Source: Octopus sinensis (taxonomy: Eukaryota). Taken from it: DNA of 21,323 nucleotides. Positions 19,666-21,323 of the stretch are shown here, one piece after another (position 1 is the first letter of the stretch; every line of letters begins with the position of its first letter). The position numbers and the translations under genes were made by a program. The DNA lies in contig NW_021836681.1 in the NCBI RefSeq assembly GCF_006345805.1, positions 1 through 21,323 of the forward strand, in the 5' to 3' direction. The notes beneath the pieces are model-generated. The model was given only the letters and a program-made list of their open reading frames with translations, ran no database searches and was not told the DNA's origin.

Positions 19666-19791
19666 TAATCAGAAAAGAATATGTATTAATATTACTATAG
19701 TCTGTGCTCTCGAATTTTCAAACTGTAATGAGAAACCTTTGGGAAAATATTGCATAATACTGGATACATACAACGCTAATTACTGGGTTAG

Positions 19792-19860
19792 GAAGAGAGA
19801 GAGAGAGAGAGGGGGGGAGAGAAAGAAGAGAGAGAGAGGAGGGAGAGAGATGGAGAGAGA
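19792..19860. repeat. (GA)n-rich tract
   Basis: Read directly from the sequence. Confidence 0.9.
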
Positions 19861-20295
19861 TACTTTGTAAAACAGTATCTTCTGTTCGATGATATAGCTT
19901 ATACTATTTCACTTAAGATAAATGTAGACAATATATTATTTACGCTTGTAATTTGTAGGCGAAAAGTGTACTGATGGTGATAGTAGCAGAAATTGAAAGT
20001 ATTAGCAGTTAATGCGATGCTTGCAAACTAAATTGTTTGTTTTTATCCGCAAGCTCAGTAAATAATCCCACGAGATATTTACGTTTCTTGAAGCGTGTCT
20101 GAGGACTAACGATAACGATTTAAGCTTATTTAGGCCAGTGAACGTATGTGGGCGTAAGATTAAGAAAGAAATAATAAGTTTCTGTGGTCCTGTTAGTTAA
20201 AGGTTCAGTTAGGTTAGTTGGCTGTGATTCCTGGTTTGGATCCACTCTGAGACACTTTATGCAGAAATCCGTCATCTATGCACACAGACATATAT

Positions 20296-20684
20296 GCACA
20301 CAGGAGTGGCTGTGTGGTAAGTAGCTTGCTTACCAGCCACATAGTTCCGGGTTCAGTCCCACTGCGTGGCACCTTGGGCAGGTGTCTTCTACTATAGACT
20401 CGGGCCGACCAAAGCCTTGTGAGTGGAAATGGTAGACGGAAACTGAAAGAAGCCCGTCGTATATATATGTGTGCGTGTGTGTGCATGTGTATATGTCTGT
20501 GTGTCTGGGTTTATTCCGCCACCATAATTTGACAACCAATGTTGGTGTATTTACATCCCCGTAACATATGGCTGTTCGGCAGGCGAGAACGATAGAATAA
20601 GTACTAGGTTTACAAAGAATAAGTCCTGCGGTGCTCCAGCATAGCCGCAGTCAAATGACTGAAACAAATAACAGAATAAAAGAA
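20296..20684 (+). mobile_element. Near full-length SINE family A copy with a ~23-nt deletion
   Basis: A-box-like TGGCTGTGTGG (20307-20317), B-box-like GGTTCAGTCCC (20350-20360), and tail GCGGTGCTCCAGCATAGCCGCAGTCAAATGACTGAAAC. Confidence 0.93.
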
Positions 20685-21323
20685 TATATATATATATATA
20701 TATGTATATAACAATTTTTACATTTTGGCGTTTACTGTTTTTTTTTTCTTGAGAACACACTATTTGTGATAAGGCGATTTGATGTCTATCTCCAGCGTAT
20801 AGGAATCCACTTTAGTGGTCATTTCACTTATTAATTGTAATATAATTTTTAAATCTTCGGTTTTTCGAATATGCTAGACCACTGAATTGATGTTAATTGA
20901 TTGATATCAATTTCTACCTCCATTATTTTAATTATGTATGCATATAAATATATATATAGGGAGAATTCCCCCACCCCAAAAAAAGCAAAAAAAAAACAAA
21001 AGACGAAGACAGGTGGCGTAGACAACAAACAGATGTTGTAGACACGTACAGAAACGCATACATGCACACATGTATGCATATATGCATGTATGTATGTATA
21101 TACACTTGGTAAAAATTACGTAGTTTCCACATGGTTATTATTTCGACAAAAGAGAAAAAAATAATTATTCGCGGTGAGTTATTGTGTTTTGAAGTTACTG
21201 GTGTTTTTTTCAACCAGCAATTATTTTTACACTGACAATAACAAGTATATCTATCTACCAACACATAACGAAGCCAGATACATGTACGCATACGTATAAA
21301 TGTAAGTGTGGTGTATATATAAT

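Overview
Repeat-saturated, apparently non-coding eukaryotic DNA. The SINE families look like those I recall from octopus genomes, so coleoid cephalopod origin is an inference, not a search result. No host protein-coding gene is supported, and nearly all listed ORFs are translations of microsatellites. The only clearly protein-like segment is a 5'-truncated, internally deleted Penelope-like element (RT + GIY-YIG endonuclease, 8389-9446, minus), plus three decayed RTE-LINE C-terminal fragments. The rest comprises two tRNA-headed SINE families (about 12 copies or fragments), hAT-type MITEs, a ~400-bp non-autonomous Helitron, tandem duplications and many microsatellites. The most interesting signal is two inverted copies (2844-3050 +, 5381-5596 -) of a ~210-bp element. 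Their flanks have diverged but they share a 33-nt identical core. That core folds as a minimal, dimer-type hammerhead ribozyme with a non-canonical CCGACGA core (U4C), probably the pseudo-LTR of a Penelope-like element. A 651-bp insert flanked by ~60-bp direct repeats (12272-13041) is the second notable structure.
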